A DNA stretch of 64,000 nt. Source: Cyanophyceae cyanobacterium. GTDB lineage: Bacteria > Cyanobacteriota > Cyanobacteriia > Cyanobacteriales > Laspinemataceae. Positions 53,180 to 64,000 of this stretch are shown one piece after another; position 1 is the first letter of the stretch; every line of letters starts with the position of its first letter. The stretch covers positions 1-64,000 of the forward strand of contig JBBQFN010000016.1 of NCBI GenBank assembly GCA_038321985.1, in the 5' to 3' direction. Position numbers and translations under genes: made by a program. The notes below the pieces were generated by a model, which saw only the letters and a list, made by a program, of their open reading frames with translations, had not been told where the DNA came from and did not search any database.

Positions 53180-53983
53180 TTAAAGTCTGGGAATCGAGGT
53201 AGAGTGCGGTGGGAGCGGGTGCGCTGGGTTTTGATAAAGGTGGTGAGTTTGGATATAAATTTGGACGGCTTCGGGAACCCAGGTACGGATTTTGGGCCAG
53301 TCGCACCAATGGCGACGCACTAAGGTTGAAGCGATCGCCAGGGTCTTGGATTCTAAAATTTGCCAGCGGAGGGTTACCTGTTGCGAAGCCAAGGCGATCG
53401 CTACCTTTTGGCAAATCTCTTCGGTTTTTCTCAGTTCTGGGTCATCCTTGTGATTTAAGCTATTTGTTCCTACTGCCGAGGCCAATTCCGGCACTCTTTC
53501 CTGAAAATTTAGGGGAGAGACTTCCCTTGAAAACGGAGTTTCTTTCAGGTGATCTGCTCCGGTTAGGGAGGCCAGTCGGGGTGCTACTAACCACTCACAA
53601 GCCTCGGCGAGTTCCCCAGCGCGGTACCATTTCGGCAGGGTTGAGAAGGCGTCTGCACCGATAATCCAATACCACTGGGTGGGAGGGTAAAGTGCTTGAA
53701 GAGTTTGCAAGGTATCGATCGCATACCGGGCTTTGGGTGCCGGTTCGGGACCGAGACAAAAGGCTGTTTCTGGGGCGATCGCCAAGCGTACCATTTCCTG
53801 GCGATGCTCAAAATCCACGCTACATTGCTTCCGGGGATCGCCCTTGAGGCGATCGCTAACCCAGATAACCTGGTCTAATTGCGCCTGAGCTAAGGCGGTG
53901 TAAGCGATTCCCAGATGTCCCCAATGAATCGGGTCAAAGCTTCCCCCCAAAATCCCCCTTTTTTCTCTTGGATGAGGCTGCAT
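53180..53983 (-). CDS. nadD: Nicotinate-nucleotide adenylyltransferase
   Basis: GGSFDPIHWGH, WIIGAD, LPKWY, ASTLVR. Confidence 0.88.
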   Translation of the reverse strand: MQPHPREKRGILGGSFDPIHWGHLGIAYTALAQAQLDQVIWVSDRLKGDPRKQCSVDFEHRQEMVRLAIAPETAFCLGPEPAPKARYAIDTLQTLQALYPPTQWYWIIGADAFSTLPKWYRAGELAEACEWLVAPRLASLTGADHLKETPFSREVSPLNFQERVPELASAVGTNSLNHKDDPELRKTEEICQKVAIALASQQVTLRWQILESKTLAIASTLVRRHWCDWPKIRTWVPEAVQIYIQTHHLYQNPAHPLPPHSTSIPRL

Positions 53984-54484
53984 TCTTTCCCGTAAACTTT
54001 CTTTTACATGAACTTGAATCCACCGCGGTCATTTCCACTCCGGTTTCCGGATGATTAGGGCACCTGTGCTGATCATAATAACCGGCACTGATTTCCTTTT
54101 AGCGCTGTTTAGTGGTATTTTTTCCGGAAATAGTCTAGCAAGTGATGGAGGCACTTGTGCGATGGTAAGAGCGCTTTCCCCTTTGTTTTGCTAGGTTTCA
54201 GGAGCATACTCTTAGCTAACTTAAGTGAGATTTTAAACTCACTTGCCAGGGGGGCGAATTATTTTCCGTTTTTCTTGACCATCGGTTATGGTAGACACAC
54301 CAAAAACGTTTAACCATAGAAAAATCTCAGGAAAAGACTTCTACTGTGATGTATTCGACTCTAGAATCGAAAAATGCTTCTTCAGGGAGAGCGCTCAATT
54401 TCTGTTATGACTGTATCGTACAAAAACAATTCTTGATATGATATCGCGTGTTATTGGCGTGGTGTGGTGTGTAAGGAGCTTATA

Positions 54485-56041
54485 ATGCACAATTCTATCG
54501 ATCTAAGTGGCAAACCTTTTCATTTCATCGGAATCGGTGGAATCGGAATGTCAGCGCTTGCCTACATTTTAGCAAAGCGGCAGGTCCCAGTATTTGGATC
54601 CGATATTCGTTCGAGCCATATCACTCAGCGCTTACAAGAAAATGGAGCGCAAATTTTTTGGCGTCAAGATGCGAGCAACCTAGATTTTTACCGACAAAAG
54701 AGCGCCTCACCTGATGAAGCAGCAGTTTTGAATTCAGCCAGCGGGGATGAATCCGGGGGTTTACCCGCGATCGCACCGAAACCGGGAAGGCGACGAACCG
54801 ATGAAAACCCCTCCCCCTCAGAGTTGCCGCAAGTGATTTGTTCAACGGCGATCGATGGAAGCAATAGCGAATATCAAGCTGCTTTAGACCTCGGCTGTCC
54901 CATCTTTCACCGTTCCGAGTTACTAGCGGCTTTAATTTCAGAATATCAAAGCATTGCTGTAGCTGGAACCCACGGTAAGACCACAACTAGCTCCATGCTG
55001 GCCTACGTGCTATTACAGGCCGGTCTGGACCCCACGATTGTAGTGGGGGGAGAAGTGAAAGCCTGGGAAGGTAACGCTCGTCTAGGACAAGGGCCATATC
55101 TGGTGGCAGAGGCGGATGAATCCGATGGGTCCCTAGCCAAGCTCTCGGCAAAAATTGGCGTGGTGACTAACATCGAACTGGATCATCCGGACCATTACCA
55201 GAGTTTGGATCAAGTCATCGAGATTTTTGAAACCTTTAAAGAGCGCTGTACGGATTTAGTCGGATGTATTGATTGCGAAACGGTGCGCGATCGCATCCAA
55301 CCGAACATCTCTTACAGCCTTAACCTGGATTCAGGTGCAGACTATACCGTTGATTGTGTAGCCTATCGAGCCGACGGAACCACCGCACGGGTGTGGGAGC
55401 GCGGTCAAATTCTGGGGCAGCTTTCAATTTGTTTACTGGGTGCACACAACCTGAGTAATGCACTAGCTGTGGTTGCAGTGGGTCGATTGGTCGGCTTAGA
55501 CTTTGCGACCATTGCGCGGGAAATTGCTACATTTGACGGTGCAGCCCGTCGATTTGAGACCCGGGGTAATTACAATGACATCCAATTTGTAGATGACTAT
55601 GCTCATCACCCCAGTGAAATTCGAGCCACCCTCCATGCAGCAAGTCTTCAAACAAAAGGATTGCGCTCTCGTTCCCGAAGGATTGTCGCGGTTTTTCAAC
55701 CCCATCGCTATAGCCGAACTCGGGCATTTTTAGCTGAGTTTGCTCAATCGTTTAGCGAGGCCGATGTGGTCGTTGTGACCGACATCTACAGCGCTGGGGA
55801 AGCGAATGAATTTCAACTGAGCGGACAACAAGTGGCAGACGAAATTTCCGCCCATCATCCTCGGGTTTGTTATAGTCCTTCTCTGTCTGCGGTGAGCGAG
55901 TTTCTCATTGAAGGCTTGCTCCCTGGGGACCTCGCCATATTTCTGGGGGCCGGTAATTTGAATCAAATTATTCCAGAAGTCATGGCATTTCATCAACAGG
56001 TCGAGCAAACGGCTCGGGCAGAAGCACGCCATCGAGCTTGA
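54485..56041 (+). CDS. murC: UDP-N-acetylmuramate--L-alanine ligase
   Basis: AAGGAG RBS; GIGGIGMS, GTHGKTTT, EADESDG, DDYAHHP, FQPHRY. Confidence 0.97.
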   Translation: MHNSIDLSGKPFHFIGIGGIGMSALAYILAKRQVPVFGSDIRSSHITQRLQENGAQIFWRQDASNLDFYRQKSASPDEAAVLNSASGDESGGLPAIAPKPGRRRTDENPSPSELPQVICSTAIDGSNSEYQAALDLGCPIFHRSELLAALISEYQSIAVAGTHGKTTTSSMLAYVLLQAGLDPTIVVGGEVKAWEGNARLGQGPYLVAEADESDGSLAKLSAKIGVVTNIELDHPDHYQSLDQVIEIFETFKERCTDLVGCIDCETVRDRIQPNISYSLNLDSGADYTVDCVAYRADGTTARVWERGQILGQLSICLLGAHNLSNALAVVAVGRLVGLDFATIAREIATFDGAARRFETRGNYNDIQFVDDYAHHPSEIRATLHAASLQTKGLRSRSRRIVAVFQPHRYSRTRAFLAEFAQSFSEADVVVVTDIYSAGEANEFQLSGQQVADEISAHHPRVCYSPSLSAVSEFLIEGLLPGDLAIFLGAGNLNQIIPEVMAFHQQVEQTARAEARHRA

Positions 56042-56150
56042 ACCCGCGCCCGTAGGGTTGTAAGAAACCCTGGGCGATCGCCCCTGAAAATACCCCGGAT
56101 GATTTACTTTTACAGCCTAGGTCTATAGGGATTTAAGCACCTGGATTATC

Positions 56151-57164
56151 ATGACTCTTTCCTCCGATACTGTACGCATCCCCAGCCCCTCTGTGGTTAA
56201 CCAACCCGCCAATCCACGCCCGACTCGATTGAACGTCAATTCAGAGCGTTCCCACTCTATTTATTTAGCCGGGACCGATTGTCAAATTAAGTCGAACGTT
56301 TCTTTATCGACATTTACCTCCTTTCGAGTAGGGGGTCCTGCTGACTGGTACGTTGCTCCGAAGCAGATAGAAGAGGTCCAAGCCTGTTTAGAATGGGCCA
56401 GGGCTGAAGGATTACCCGTCACCTTCTTAGGTGCGGGTTCCAATCTATTAGTCAGCGATCGCGGGATTCCCGGTTTGGCAATTTCTACGCGCCATCTGCG
56501 TTATAGCCGCTTCAATGCCCAAACAGGTCAAGTGACCGTTGCTGCGGGTCAATCCCTGCCTCGTCTGGCTTGGCAAGCTGCTCAATTGGGGTGGGAAGGG
56601 CTGGAGTGGGCAGTGGGCATTCCTGGCACTGTCGGGGGAGCCGTTGTGATGAATGCCGGTGCCCACGGGAGTTGTGCCTCTGAGATTTTAGTCACTACTG
56701 AGGTAGTTTCCTCCCGGGGAACTATTTCGGTATTGACCGCGCAAGAGTTGGGATATAGCTATCGGACCTCGGTCCTCCAAGGGAGCGATCGCCTGGTGAC
56801 CGAGGCTACCTTTCAACTCAAACCCGGAGCCGACCCCGCCCAGGTTCAAGCTAACACCTCGGAACAGCTCGAACATCGCAAATCCACCCAACCCTACCAC
56901 CTCCCCAGTTGTGGTAGCGTCTTCCGAAATCCTGATGGATCCCCGGGAGCGGGATGGTTAATCGAGCAAACCGGACTCAAAGGTTATCAGATTGGCAACG
57001 CTCAGGTAGCCGAACGCCATGCTAACTTTATTGTCAATTGCGGCGGCGCGAAAGCCAGCGACATTTTTCAGCTAATTCGTTATGTTCAAACTCGCGTAGA
57101 GCAGAACTGGTCCGTGCTTTTAGAACCTGAAGTTCGCACAATAGGGGAGTTTCAATCGGTGTAA
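56151..57164 (+). CDS. murB: UDP-N-acetylenolpyruvoylglucosamine reductase
   Basis: [45 protein letters not shown]. Confidence 0.97.
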   Translation: MTLSSDTVRIPSPSVVNQPANPRPTRLNVNSERSHSIYLAGTDCQIKSNVSLSTFTSFRVGGPADWYVAPKQIEEVQACLEWARAEGLPVTFLGAGSNLLVSDRGIPGLAISTRHLRYSRFNAQTGQVTVAAGQSLPRLAWQAAQLGWEGLEWAVGIPGTVGGAVVMNAGAHGSCASEILVTTEVVSSRGTISVLTAQELGYSYRTSVLQGSDRLVTEATFQLKPGADPAQVQANTSEQLEHRKSTQPYHLPSCGSVFRNPDGSPGAGWLIEQTGLKGYQIGNAQVAERHANFIVNCGGAKASDIFQLIRYVQTRVEQNWSVLLEPEVRTIGEFQSV

Positions 57165-57638
57165 CGTCATCGATTGAAGCTGGCCTTCGCCCCCATGGCT
57201 CCTAGCCGCCCTAATGCCCACCCTGGCGCTCCCCCGGGCTGAGTCAATGGCATACTGCAATTATCGCGTGGTAGTATTGCTAAGGGTAATGCCCATGAGT
57301 GTCTGATTCTGAGCGCGGCAAATGACAGACTTTGAATGTCGGCTGATATCAAGCTGTCGGAAAAATGTCAACCCGATTGATTCCTAGGCTCTCCCTTTGA
57401 AAGGGGAGGAGGAAACATCAGTAAAAGCGCCAGGGGTCCAGAACTCTACAGTACGGTGAGGCACATCGGAACTGGCTCTTAAATAGAGGGCAAAACGCTT
57501 GGAAAAGCAGGTACAAGTCCCCTGAAATAGGAAACTGTTTTAGGGTCAGTCCCCTGGATGAACCAAGAAATCCACAGCAGCGATCGCGCAGCTAAATGAT
57601 GCCAAAATCGATTTGAACCCATACAGAGTTAACCCGTT

Positions 57639-57989
57639 ATGGCAGGAAAAGGACAGGGAGGATTTGGTTTCGGTCTCGGCAAAATGAAAGAGCTGACTGA
57701 AGCCTTTAAAAAAGCTCAACAAGTACAAGAAGGTGCTAAAAAGCTTCAAGAAGAATTAGATGAGCTTGAAGTCATCGGAGAAGCCGGTGGTGGCTTGGTT
57801 AAAGTGATTTTAAGCGGCAACCAAGAACCCCGGCGGGTGGAGATTTCCCCCGATGCTCTCGGCGAGGGAGCCGAAGTGGTTGCCGAACTGGTGACCGTTG
57901 CGATGACAGATGCTTATAATAAATCCACCGCAACTATGCGCGAACGGATGGAAGAATTGACGGGCGGGCTAAATCTGCCCGGTCTGTAA
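57639..57989 (+). CDS. YbaB/EbfC family nucleoid-associated protein
   Basis: [25 protein letters not shown]. Confidence 0.93.
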   Translation: MAGKGQGGFGFGLGKMKELTEAFKKAQQVQEGAKKLQEELDELEVIGEAGGGLVKVILSGNQEPRRVEISPDALGEGAEVVAELVTVAMTDAYNKSTATMRERMEELTGGLNLPGL

Positions 57990-58059
57990 CTGCAATAGCG
58001 CGGGCAGCCGCCCAACTAGATCGAGTCTAATCCATATCAACTACTTTTCATCAAGATCT

Positions 58060-58099
58060 AGCTGGCTTTCTGCTGTGTCAAGTAAGCCAGCTAATTTTG
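58060..58099 (+). terminator. Probable intrinsic terminator
   Basis: AGCTGGCTT...AAGCCAGCT followed by AATTTT. Confidence 0.45.
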
Positions 58100-58294
58100 T
58101 TAAGGGTTTTGAGGGCGGTTTTAATGGGATTGATCCGGCTTAAAATCGCGGTAACCCGACTGACAGATCAGTTCTGGGTAAGATAGAAGGCGATCGCCGC
58201 GATCGTCCACCCCCGTTGAGAGCGGGGTTTATTTTTTTAGGAGCGATCGCCCGTTCCATCTCTCCTCTATATCTAATCCCCAAACAACTCACCA

Positions 58295-58786
58295 ATGCCT
58301 TATAAACTTTTATTTGTCTGCCTTGGGAATATCTGCCGCTCTCCAGCCGCAGAAAATATTATGAACCACCAGATCCAGGACAGGAATCTCCAGGATAAAA
58401 TTATCTGTGACTCCGCAGGGACTTCGGCTTACCATGTCGGTAGTCCCCCCGATCGCCGCATGGTCGCTGCCGCCAAACAACAGGGACTCTCCTTCATGGG
58501 CGAAGCGCGGCGCTTTCAAGTTGCAGACTTTCAGAAGTTCGATTTGATTTTAGCGATGGATCGAGAAAATTATGCCGATATCTTATCCCTCGATCCCCAA
58601 GGTCAGTATCGCGAGAAAGTCCGCATGATGTGCGATTTTTGTCGCGATCGCCCCGAAAAAGAAGTCCCCGACCCCTATTACGGCGGTCCCGATGGATTTA
58701 ACAATGTCATCGACCTGCTGGTAGATGCCTGTAAAGGGCTTTTGGATTATGTCGTTGAGCAGCAAAATGTCAAGGTGAAACCTTAA
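58295..58786 (+). CDS. Low-molecular-weight protein-tyrosine phosphatase
   Basis: VCLGNICRS P-loop, DSAGT, VPDPYYG. Confidence 0.95.
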   Translation: MPYKLLFVCLGNICRSPAAENIMNHQIQDRNLQDKIICDSAGTSAYHVGSPPDRRMVAAAKQQGLSFMGEARRFQVADFQKFDLILAMDRENYADILSLDPQGQYREKVRMMCDFCRDRPEKEVPDPYYGGPDGFNNVIDLLVDACKGLLDYVVEQQNVKVKP

Positions 58787-58796
58787 CCCGTCCAGG

Positions 58797-58915
58797 ACGG
58801 AGGACCCCATCCTAACCCTCCCCGATGCCTTGGGGAGGGAACCGGAGGTGCTCTTAACGGAGGACCCCACCCTAACCCTCCCCTTGCTAAGGGGAGGGAA
58901 CCGGAGGTGCTCTTA
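58797..58915. repeat. Two tandem copies (60 and 59 bp) of a REP-like hairpin element
   Basis: ACGGAGGACCCCA(T/C)CCTAACCCTCCCC-loop-GGGGAGGGAACCGGAGGTGCTCTTA, twice. Confidence 0.85.
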
Positions 58916-59049
58916 AGCGTAAAAAACCGACTCTTGTAAGTTAGGTTGAAAAAGCGTTAAGGGTAGTTCAACCGCCGCCAAATCTTGTTGACTCAGGCCC
59001 AAACGGAGCCGAATCTGTTTTAAACTATTGCAAAGATTAGCTTCGGGTT

Positions 59050-59700
59050 TCATTCGCTTTCCTGAGCATTTTCCAAAAGTCTCACCCCCCACAACAAGGT
59101 AAAGGCAATTACCGTCATCATGAGTACCATTTGATTAGCGCGTTGATAATCCTGCATTTGTACCGCATCATAAATCGCCAGGGGTAAAGTTTGGGTCCGC
59201 CCAGGAATACTGCCGGCAACCATCAGAGTTGCTCCGAATTCTCCTAATCCTCGGGCGATACTTAAACCAAACCCTGCCAATACCCCACGATAGGCTAAGG
59301 GTAAACTAATCAGCCATAAAACTTCCAGTTCCGATGCGCCTAAAGTGCGGGCTGCCGCTTCGAGTTCAGAGTTGACAGAGGCGATCGCCACCCTTGTGGA
59401 TTCCACCATTAATGGGAGTGCCACCACCGTCGAGGCGACTGCGGCAGCTTGCCAAGTAAATAATAGATGAATTCCCAATACTTGCTGAATCAGACTCCCT
59501 CGCCCTAATGCCAGCAATAGCCCATACCCTACCACACTCGGAGGCAGTACCAAGGGTAAATTTAACACCGTCGAAACAATCAGTTTTCCAGGGAAACTTG
59601 TTCTTGCCAAGAAAATGCCTAACCCTAACCCTAAAGCTAAAATGGCTAGACTGGCAACTCCTATCACTTGGAATGACAAAAATAAGGGGTGCCAAATCAT
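59050..59700 (-). CDS. modB: Molybdate ABC transporter permease
   Basis: LPLVLPPSVVG, EAAARTLGAS, ARGLGEFGAT, GRTQTLPLAIY. Confidence 0.93.
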   Translation of the reverse strand: MIWHPLFLSFQVIGVASLAILALGLGLGIFLARTSFPGKLIVSTVLNLPLVLPPSVVGYGLLLALGRGSLIQQVLGIHLLFTWQAAAVASTVVALPLMVESTRVAIASVNSELEAAARTLGASELEVLWLISLPLAYRGVLAGFGLSIARGLGEFGATLMVAGSIPGRTQTLPLAIYDAVQMQDYQRANQMVLMMTVIAFTLLWGVRLLENAQESE

Positions 59701-60500
59701 TTTGTTGCGTCTTCTCCCGGTAAAACAAAGCCATGTTTTTTCATTAATTCTCTACTTTTATAGCTATTAATAAATATAGCCAGTTGCTTGGCAATGTCAG
59801 GATGATGGGCAGTTTTGGGTACAACTAACATTTGTTCCAGGGGTTGATGTAAATCTGCGGAAATTAAGATCCATTGACCCGGACGATTCAGGCTAATGGA
59901 TAAGGCGACGATCGCCACATCGACATTTCCTGCTTCTGCATATTGCTGAGCTTGCCTGATGTTTTCCCCTAATACTAACTTTGGCTGAAGCTCATCCCAA
60001 ATTCCGATAGATTCCAAGGCTTGTTTCGCAGCAATTCCGTATGGGGCATGGTTGGGATTTGCGATCGCCACTCGTTCAATTTCTGATTTTGTTAAATCCT
60101 GAAGGTCTTTTATCTGAAGGGAGCTATCTTCCCGATGCCATAGCGTAATTCGTCCCACCCCATACAATGCCTTAGTCTGCGAGAAAACTAGCTCTTTTCT
60201 GTCTAAATCTTCAATAGATTTTTTATCGGATGCCACAAATAAATCAACAGGTGCACCTCGCTCAATTTGCTGTGCCAGTTGCCCTGTGGAACCCCAATTA
60301 ATCATCACCTTATTTCCCGTTTCCTGTTCCCACAGCTTGGCGATCGGGGGTAAGACTTGATTTAAACTTGCCGCTGCGGAAACGGTTAGAGTCACTGTTG
60401 CAGAGGATAAGTGAGGCGGCTGGGTTCCCGGAGAGACCCCACAAGCTACCAGCAGGGCAAAACCCATATACATGAGCAGTTTTCGTGGATATTGTCCCAT
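59697..60500 (-). CDS. modA: Molybdate ABC transporter substrate-binding lipoprotein
   Basis: LVAC lipobox, SAAASL, GSTGQLAQQIERGAPVD, APYG. Confidence 0.92.
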   Translation of the reverse strand: MGQYPRKLLMYMGFALLVACGVSPGTQPPHLSSATVTLTVSAAASLNQVLPPIAKLWEQETGNKVMINWGSTGQLAQQIERGAPVDLFVASDKKSIEDLDRKELVFSQTKALYGVGRITLWHREDSSLQIKDLQDLTKSEIERVAIANPNHAPYGIAAKQALESIGIWDELQPKLVLGENIRQAQQYAEAGNVDVAIVALSISLNRPGQWILISADLHQPLEQMLVVPKTAHHPDIAKQLAIFINSYKSRELMKKHGFVLPGEDATK

Positions 60501-60601
60501 AGGTGTCGCATTTGACCTGAGTCGGAATACTGCGATTATATTGGCATTCTGCTAAAATACTGGCACCTCTAGGGGTCTGGGTTGAGGGCTTCTGCAACAA
60601 C

Positions 60602-60780
60602 TCACACCCTATTCACGGAGCGTTTCGTTAGGAAAGGGTGGGGCTACTCTATAAAAACGACTGTTGATAACCGGACCCAACCCCACCGTAAATACCATCC
60701 TGGTGAATCCTATGCCCTCTACGTCCTAGTCGATGCCTAATGCTCGTGCCTATGACTCGACCCTTTCCCAACTCGGTGAT
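60602..60780 (-). ncRNA. Candidate structured leader RNA upstream of modA
   Basis: Long-range 13-bp helix GUUGGGAAAGGGU / ACCCUUUCCUAAC with a G-U pair on the minus strand; closing CACC/GGUG; internal hairpins. Confidence 0.3.
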
Positions 60781-60916
60781 CTGAACTCATTTTTTGATGG
60801 ATTTGTCAACCCTTACTTTCCCAAAAAAATTCCAAGTTTAGGGTAGATTCTCCGCTACAATCAACGAGACAACGGGACTGCTTCTTCTCACACAAAAAAT
60901 CAAAAATGAGATAATT

Positions 60917-62032
60917 ATGGATATACAAGCCGCCGTTGCTTGGCAAGCCGGTGAACCTTTAAGTTTAGAAACTGTACAACTTGAAGGTCCCAAAGCCGGA
61001 GAAGTTATGGTGGAAATCAAAGCTACCGGAGTTTGTCATACCGATGCCTATACTCTATCTGGAGCAGACCCGGAGGGACTGTTTCCGGCTATTTTGGGCC
61101 ATGAAGGGGCTGGAGTTGTGGTGGAAGTCGGCGATGAAGTCAAAACTCTTAAAGTGGGCGATCGCGTCATTCCCCTCTATACCCCGGAATGTCGTCAATG
61201 CAAATACTGTCTCAGCAACAAAACCAACCTCTGTCAAGCAATCCGAGCCACCCAAGGCAAAGGAGTCATGCCGGACGGCACCAGCCGCTTCTCCCTCAAC
61301 GGCAAAAAAATCCATCACTACATGGGCACCTCCACCTTTGCTAACTTCACCGTTCTCCCAGAAATCGCCGTCGCCAAAATCCGGGACGACGCCCCCTTAG
61401 ATAAAGTCTGTCTGATTGGTTGTGGAGTCACAACCGGCATTGGGGCAGTCATCAACACCGCCAAAGTCGAACCGGGGTCAAACGTCGTTGTCTTTGGTTT
61501 AGGGGGAATTGGACTAAACGTCATACAGGGAGCGCGTTTAGTTGGAGCTAACCAAATTATTGGCATTGACCTCAATCCCGCCAAACGGGACCTCGCTGAA
61601 AAATTTGGCATGACTCATTTCATCAACCCCAACGATGTAGAAGATGTGGTTGCAGCCATCATCGACCTCACCGATGGCGGTGCGGACTATAGCTTTGAAT
61701 GTATCGGCAACGTCAACGTCATGCGTCAGGCCCTCGAATGCTGTCATAAAGGCTGGGGCGAATCGGTAATCATTGGCGTTGCAGGAGCGGGCCAAGAAAT
61801 TAGTACCCGTCCCTTCCAACTCGTCACGGGTCGGGTTTGGCGAGGAAGCGCCTTTGGTGGAGCCAGAGGTCGCCGAGATGTACCTAAAATCGTCGATTGG
61901 TACATGGATGGTAAAATCGACATCGATAGTCTGGTCTCCCATGTCATCCCCGTCAATCGGATCAACGAGGCTTTTGACCTGATGCACGCCGGGGAAGGCA
62001 TTCGCACCGTTGTCACATTCCCCGAATCATGA
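60917..62032 (+). CDS. frmA: S-(hydroxymethyl)glutathione dehydrogenase / class III alcohol dehydrogenase
   Basis: [31 protein letters not shown]. Confidence 0.96.
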   Translation: MDIQAAVAWQAGEPLSLETVQLEGPKAGEVMVEIKATGVCHTDAYTLSGADPEGLFPAILGHEGAGVVVEVGDEVKTLKVGDRVIPLYTPECRQCKYCLSNKTNLCQAIRATQGKGVMPDGTSRFSLNGKKIHHYMGTSTFANFTVLPEIAVAKIRDDAPLDKVCLIGCGVTTGIGAVINTAKVEPGSNVVVFGLGGIGLNVIQGARLVGANQIIGIDLNPAKRDLAEKFGMTHFINPNDVEDVVAAIIDLTDGGADYSFECIGNVNVMRQALECCHKGWGESVIIGVAGAGQEISTRPFQLVTGRVWRGSAFGGARGRRDVPKIVDWYMDGKIDIDSLVSHVIPVNRINEAFDLMHAGEGIRTVVTFPES

Positions 62033-62877
62033 CCCTTACCCTAACTCAGCAAAATCGTTCCTTTGGCGGAACTACTCAGTTTTATCAGCATTCCTCCCAA
62101 TGCTGCAACGCTCCGATGCGGTTCTCGGTGTATGTTCCTCCCCAAGCCGCCCAGCAGCCGGTTCCCATTCTTTATTGGCTATCGGGGCTAACTTGTACGG
62201 AGGAGAACTTTATCAGTAAAGCTGGGGCCCAACGTCTGGCCGCCCAATATGGCTTGCTGTTGGTTGCCCCCGATACCAGTCCCCGCAATCTGGGACTTCC
62301 GGGAGAAGATGACCGCTGGGATTTCGGGAGTGGAGCCAGCTTTTATGTAGATGCGACGGAATTGCCCTGGAATAAGCATTATCAGATGTACCGCTATGTC
62401 ACCGAGGAACTTCCCGCCCTGATTGAGGAGAATTTCCCAGTAGATCCGACTCGTCAGAGTATTTTCGGTCATTCTATGGGGGGACATGGAGCGCTCATCT
62501 GTGCCTTACGCCATCCCTCCCGTTATCAGTCTGTCTCCGCCTTCGCTCCTATTACAGCCCCCATGTCTTGTCCTTGGGGAGAAACAGCATTTCGAGGCTA
62601 TTTGGGGGAGAATCGTCAAACTTGGTCTGCCTATGATGCGAGTGAGTTGGTGAAGACTTCAGCTTGGCGGCGTCCGATTTTGATTGACCAAGGGGACGCA
62701 GATTCGTTTTTGGCCCAAGGTCAGTTATTACCAGAACGGTTTGAGACAGCTTGTCAGCAGGCGGGTATTGACCTCCGGTTACGGATGCAGCCGGGGTACG
62801 ATCATAGTTATTACTTTATTGCCAGTTTTATGGATGACCATCTCCGCCATCATGCGGAGGCTTTAGGTTGTCTTTAG
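62029..62877 (+). CDS. fghA: S-formylglutathione hydrolase
   Basis: [29 protein letters not shown] overlap with frmA. Confidence 0.96.
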   Translation: MTLTLTQQNRSFGGTTQFYQHSSQCCNAPMRFSVYVPPQAAQQPVPILYWLSGLTCTEENFISKAGAQRLAAQYGLLLVAPDTSPRNLGLPGEDDRWDFGSGASFYVDATELPWNKHYQMYRYVTEELPALIEENFPVDPTRQSIFGHSMGGHGALICALRHPSRYQSVSAFAPITAPMSCPWGETAFRGYLGENRQTWSAYDASELVKTSAWRRPILIDQGDADSFLAQGQLLPERFETACQQAGIDLRLRMQPGYDHSYYFIASFMDDHLRHHAEALGCL

Positions 62878-63788
62878 GATTTTTGGTGGCGAAGGGATAC
62901 CACTCGCGCCACCAACACCGCCCGAACCACAAAAGTCAAGGCAGCGAATATCCCGTGGTGATTCTGCCTCTTTACACCCAGCATTATATTTTGCTCAACA
63001 AAAACCTGCTTTACACGGGCCTACCGTAGGCGCGAAAGCTGGCAATTCTAGTCGGGCAGGAGAAAGCCCTGGCATTGGCAGTCCAGAACGTGTATGAAAA
63101 TCAGCGCTATACTTTGCCGACTCAACGACTCAATTGCCGATAATCAACTGCTCAAGAGTGACAATCCCAAGGCTAGGCTGAGTGATGGATTGGCTGAAGT
63201 GTCCCATCAAACAAGATAGGTCAAACCAAGATGGACTTGTCCTGGAGGATCTAATCAACGGATTGTAGGGGTTCTAGGGTCTGGGTTTAGATAACCTATT
63301 CGGGCTAACTTAATGGAACCAGTATGCGATTGACGTTCAAGAGTGAATGCTTTTTTAATCCCCATAAGCTCTTTTTTATCTCTGGCGGTTGAAGTTAACA
63401 TCAATCACTTAGAGTAAATTCAATAATATCATGCAAAATTATAGTGAATTAAACATTCAAAGACTTATGCTATAAAGGTTTTAAAAGAATAATTACCCAT
63501 TACCTGCAAAACTTTAGTTATTAAATCTGCATCTTTAGTGTAAATTTGTGCGATCGAACCCACAAAAACGCATAAAAACTAGAGTCTACTCCTAGAGATA
63601 GAGGTAGAATCTTGAAAGATATTCCTGTATGTACTTACCGAGCAAACCAAAATTCATCCTAACAGAGTTTAAGGAATGGTCGCCCAGCCAGTCCCTAGTG
63701 CTCTTACAACCATTGGCCGGATGCACCCAGAGGCATCGCGCAGCATCAACCGTTGCTCACCGATACCCACTGAACTTCTAACCGCCAA

Positions 63789-64000
63789 ATGGATAACTCC
63801 AATAATCAAAACTCCGATAACTCACCCGTCTGTGAAAACATCAGGCTTGACCAAATTTCTCCCCCGAGGTTTCAACCTCGGACATATTTTGATGAACAGG
63901 CGATGGCGGAACTCACGGCCAGCGTTCAACAATATGGCATCCTTCAGCCGATTCTTGTACGACCTTTAGGAGACGAGCAGTATGAATTGGTCGCTGGAGA
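63789..64000 (+). CDS. ParB/Spo0J family protein, N-terminal part (runs off the window; not in the ORF track)
   Basis: Manual translation: MDNSNNQNSDNSPVCENIRLDQISPPRFQPRTYFDEQAMAELTASVQQYGILQPILVRPLGDEQYELVAG, the ParB N-terminal pattern just before the GxRR box. Confidence 0.85.
   Translation, partial: MDNSNNQNSDNSPVCENIRLDQISPPRFQPRTYFDEQAMAELTASVQQYGILQPILVRPLGDEQYELVAG

Noticed and set aside
53400..53570. Insertion of about 45 aa in NadD
   Set aside because: It lies in a known variable loop region and contains no recognisable domain.
54680..54830. Low-complexity insertion in MurC
   Set aside because: It is in frame, has no intein motifs, and a variable loop here appears common in cyanobacterial MurC.
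59050..62877. Functional link between divergent modAB and frmA-fghA via a Mo-dependent formate dehydrogenase
   Set aside because: No formate dehydrogenase or shared regulator lies in the window; adjacency alone is insufficient.
63000..63080. Possible c-di-GMP-I riboswitch (AAACC..GCGAAAGC)
   Set aside because: It lacks the GGCAAACC-GAAA-GGACGCAAAGC architecture and the P3 stem.
63676..63969. 97-aa ORF from the track
   Set aside because: It overlaps the convincing ParB-like frame starting at 63789.
1..64000. Very frequent GCGATCGC octamers
   Set aside because: This is HIP1, a well-known cyanobacterial genome signature.

Overview
Chromosomal segment of a cyanobacterium, shown by very frequent HIP1 GCGATCGC octamers and cyanobacterial-type genes. 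The large intergenic regions and REP-like hairpins suggest a filamentous Oscillatoriales-like strain (inference). The window is mostly housekeeping: pyrF, tyrS, a class A PBP, lepB, txlA, murG, sir, rsmE, malQ, proS, accB, efp, thiL, gap2, nadD, murC, murB, ybaB/ebfC, modAB and frmA-fghA. Accessory genes are interspersed: a 1720-aa DUF4347/RTX surface protein, two GT-C-like membrane proteins, an NfeD-flotillin-flotillin operon, a HEAT-repeat protein between two DUF2993 paralogs, and the 5' end of a ParB-like gene that the ORF track misses. I found no tRNA, rRNA, CRISPR array or intact transposase. The best leads are: (1) a sulfite reductase with a C-terminal ribbon-helix-helix-like domain, behind a long leader with repeated TCCGAC-like half-sites; (2) an apparently NACHT-deleted HEAT protein; (3) a flotillin with an extra C-terminal helical domain; (4) a possible structured RNA upstream of modA; (5) a 182-bp MITE-like element and several REP-like arrays. 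All calls come from reading motifs by eye; no database searches were run, so novelty is unverified.
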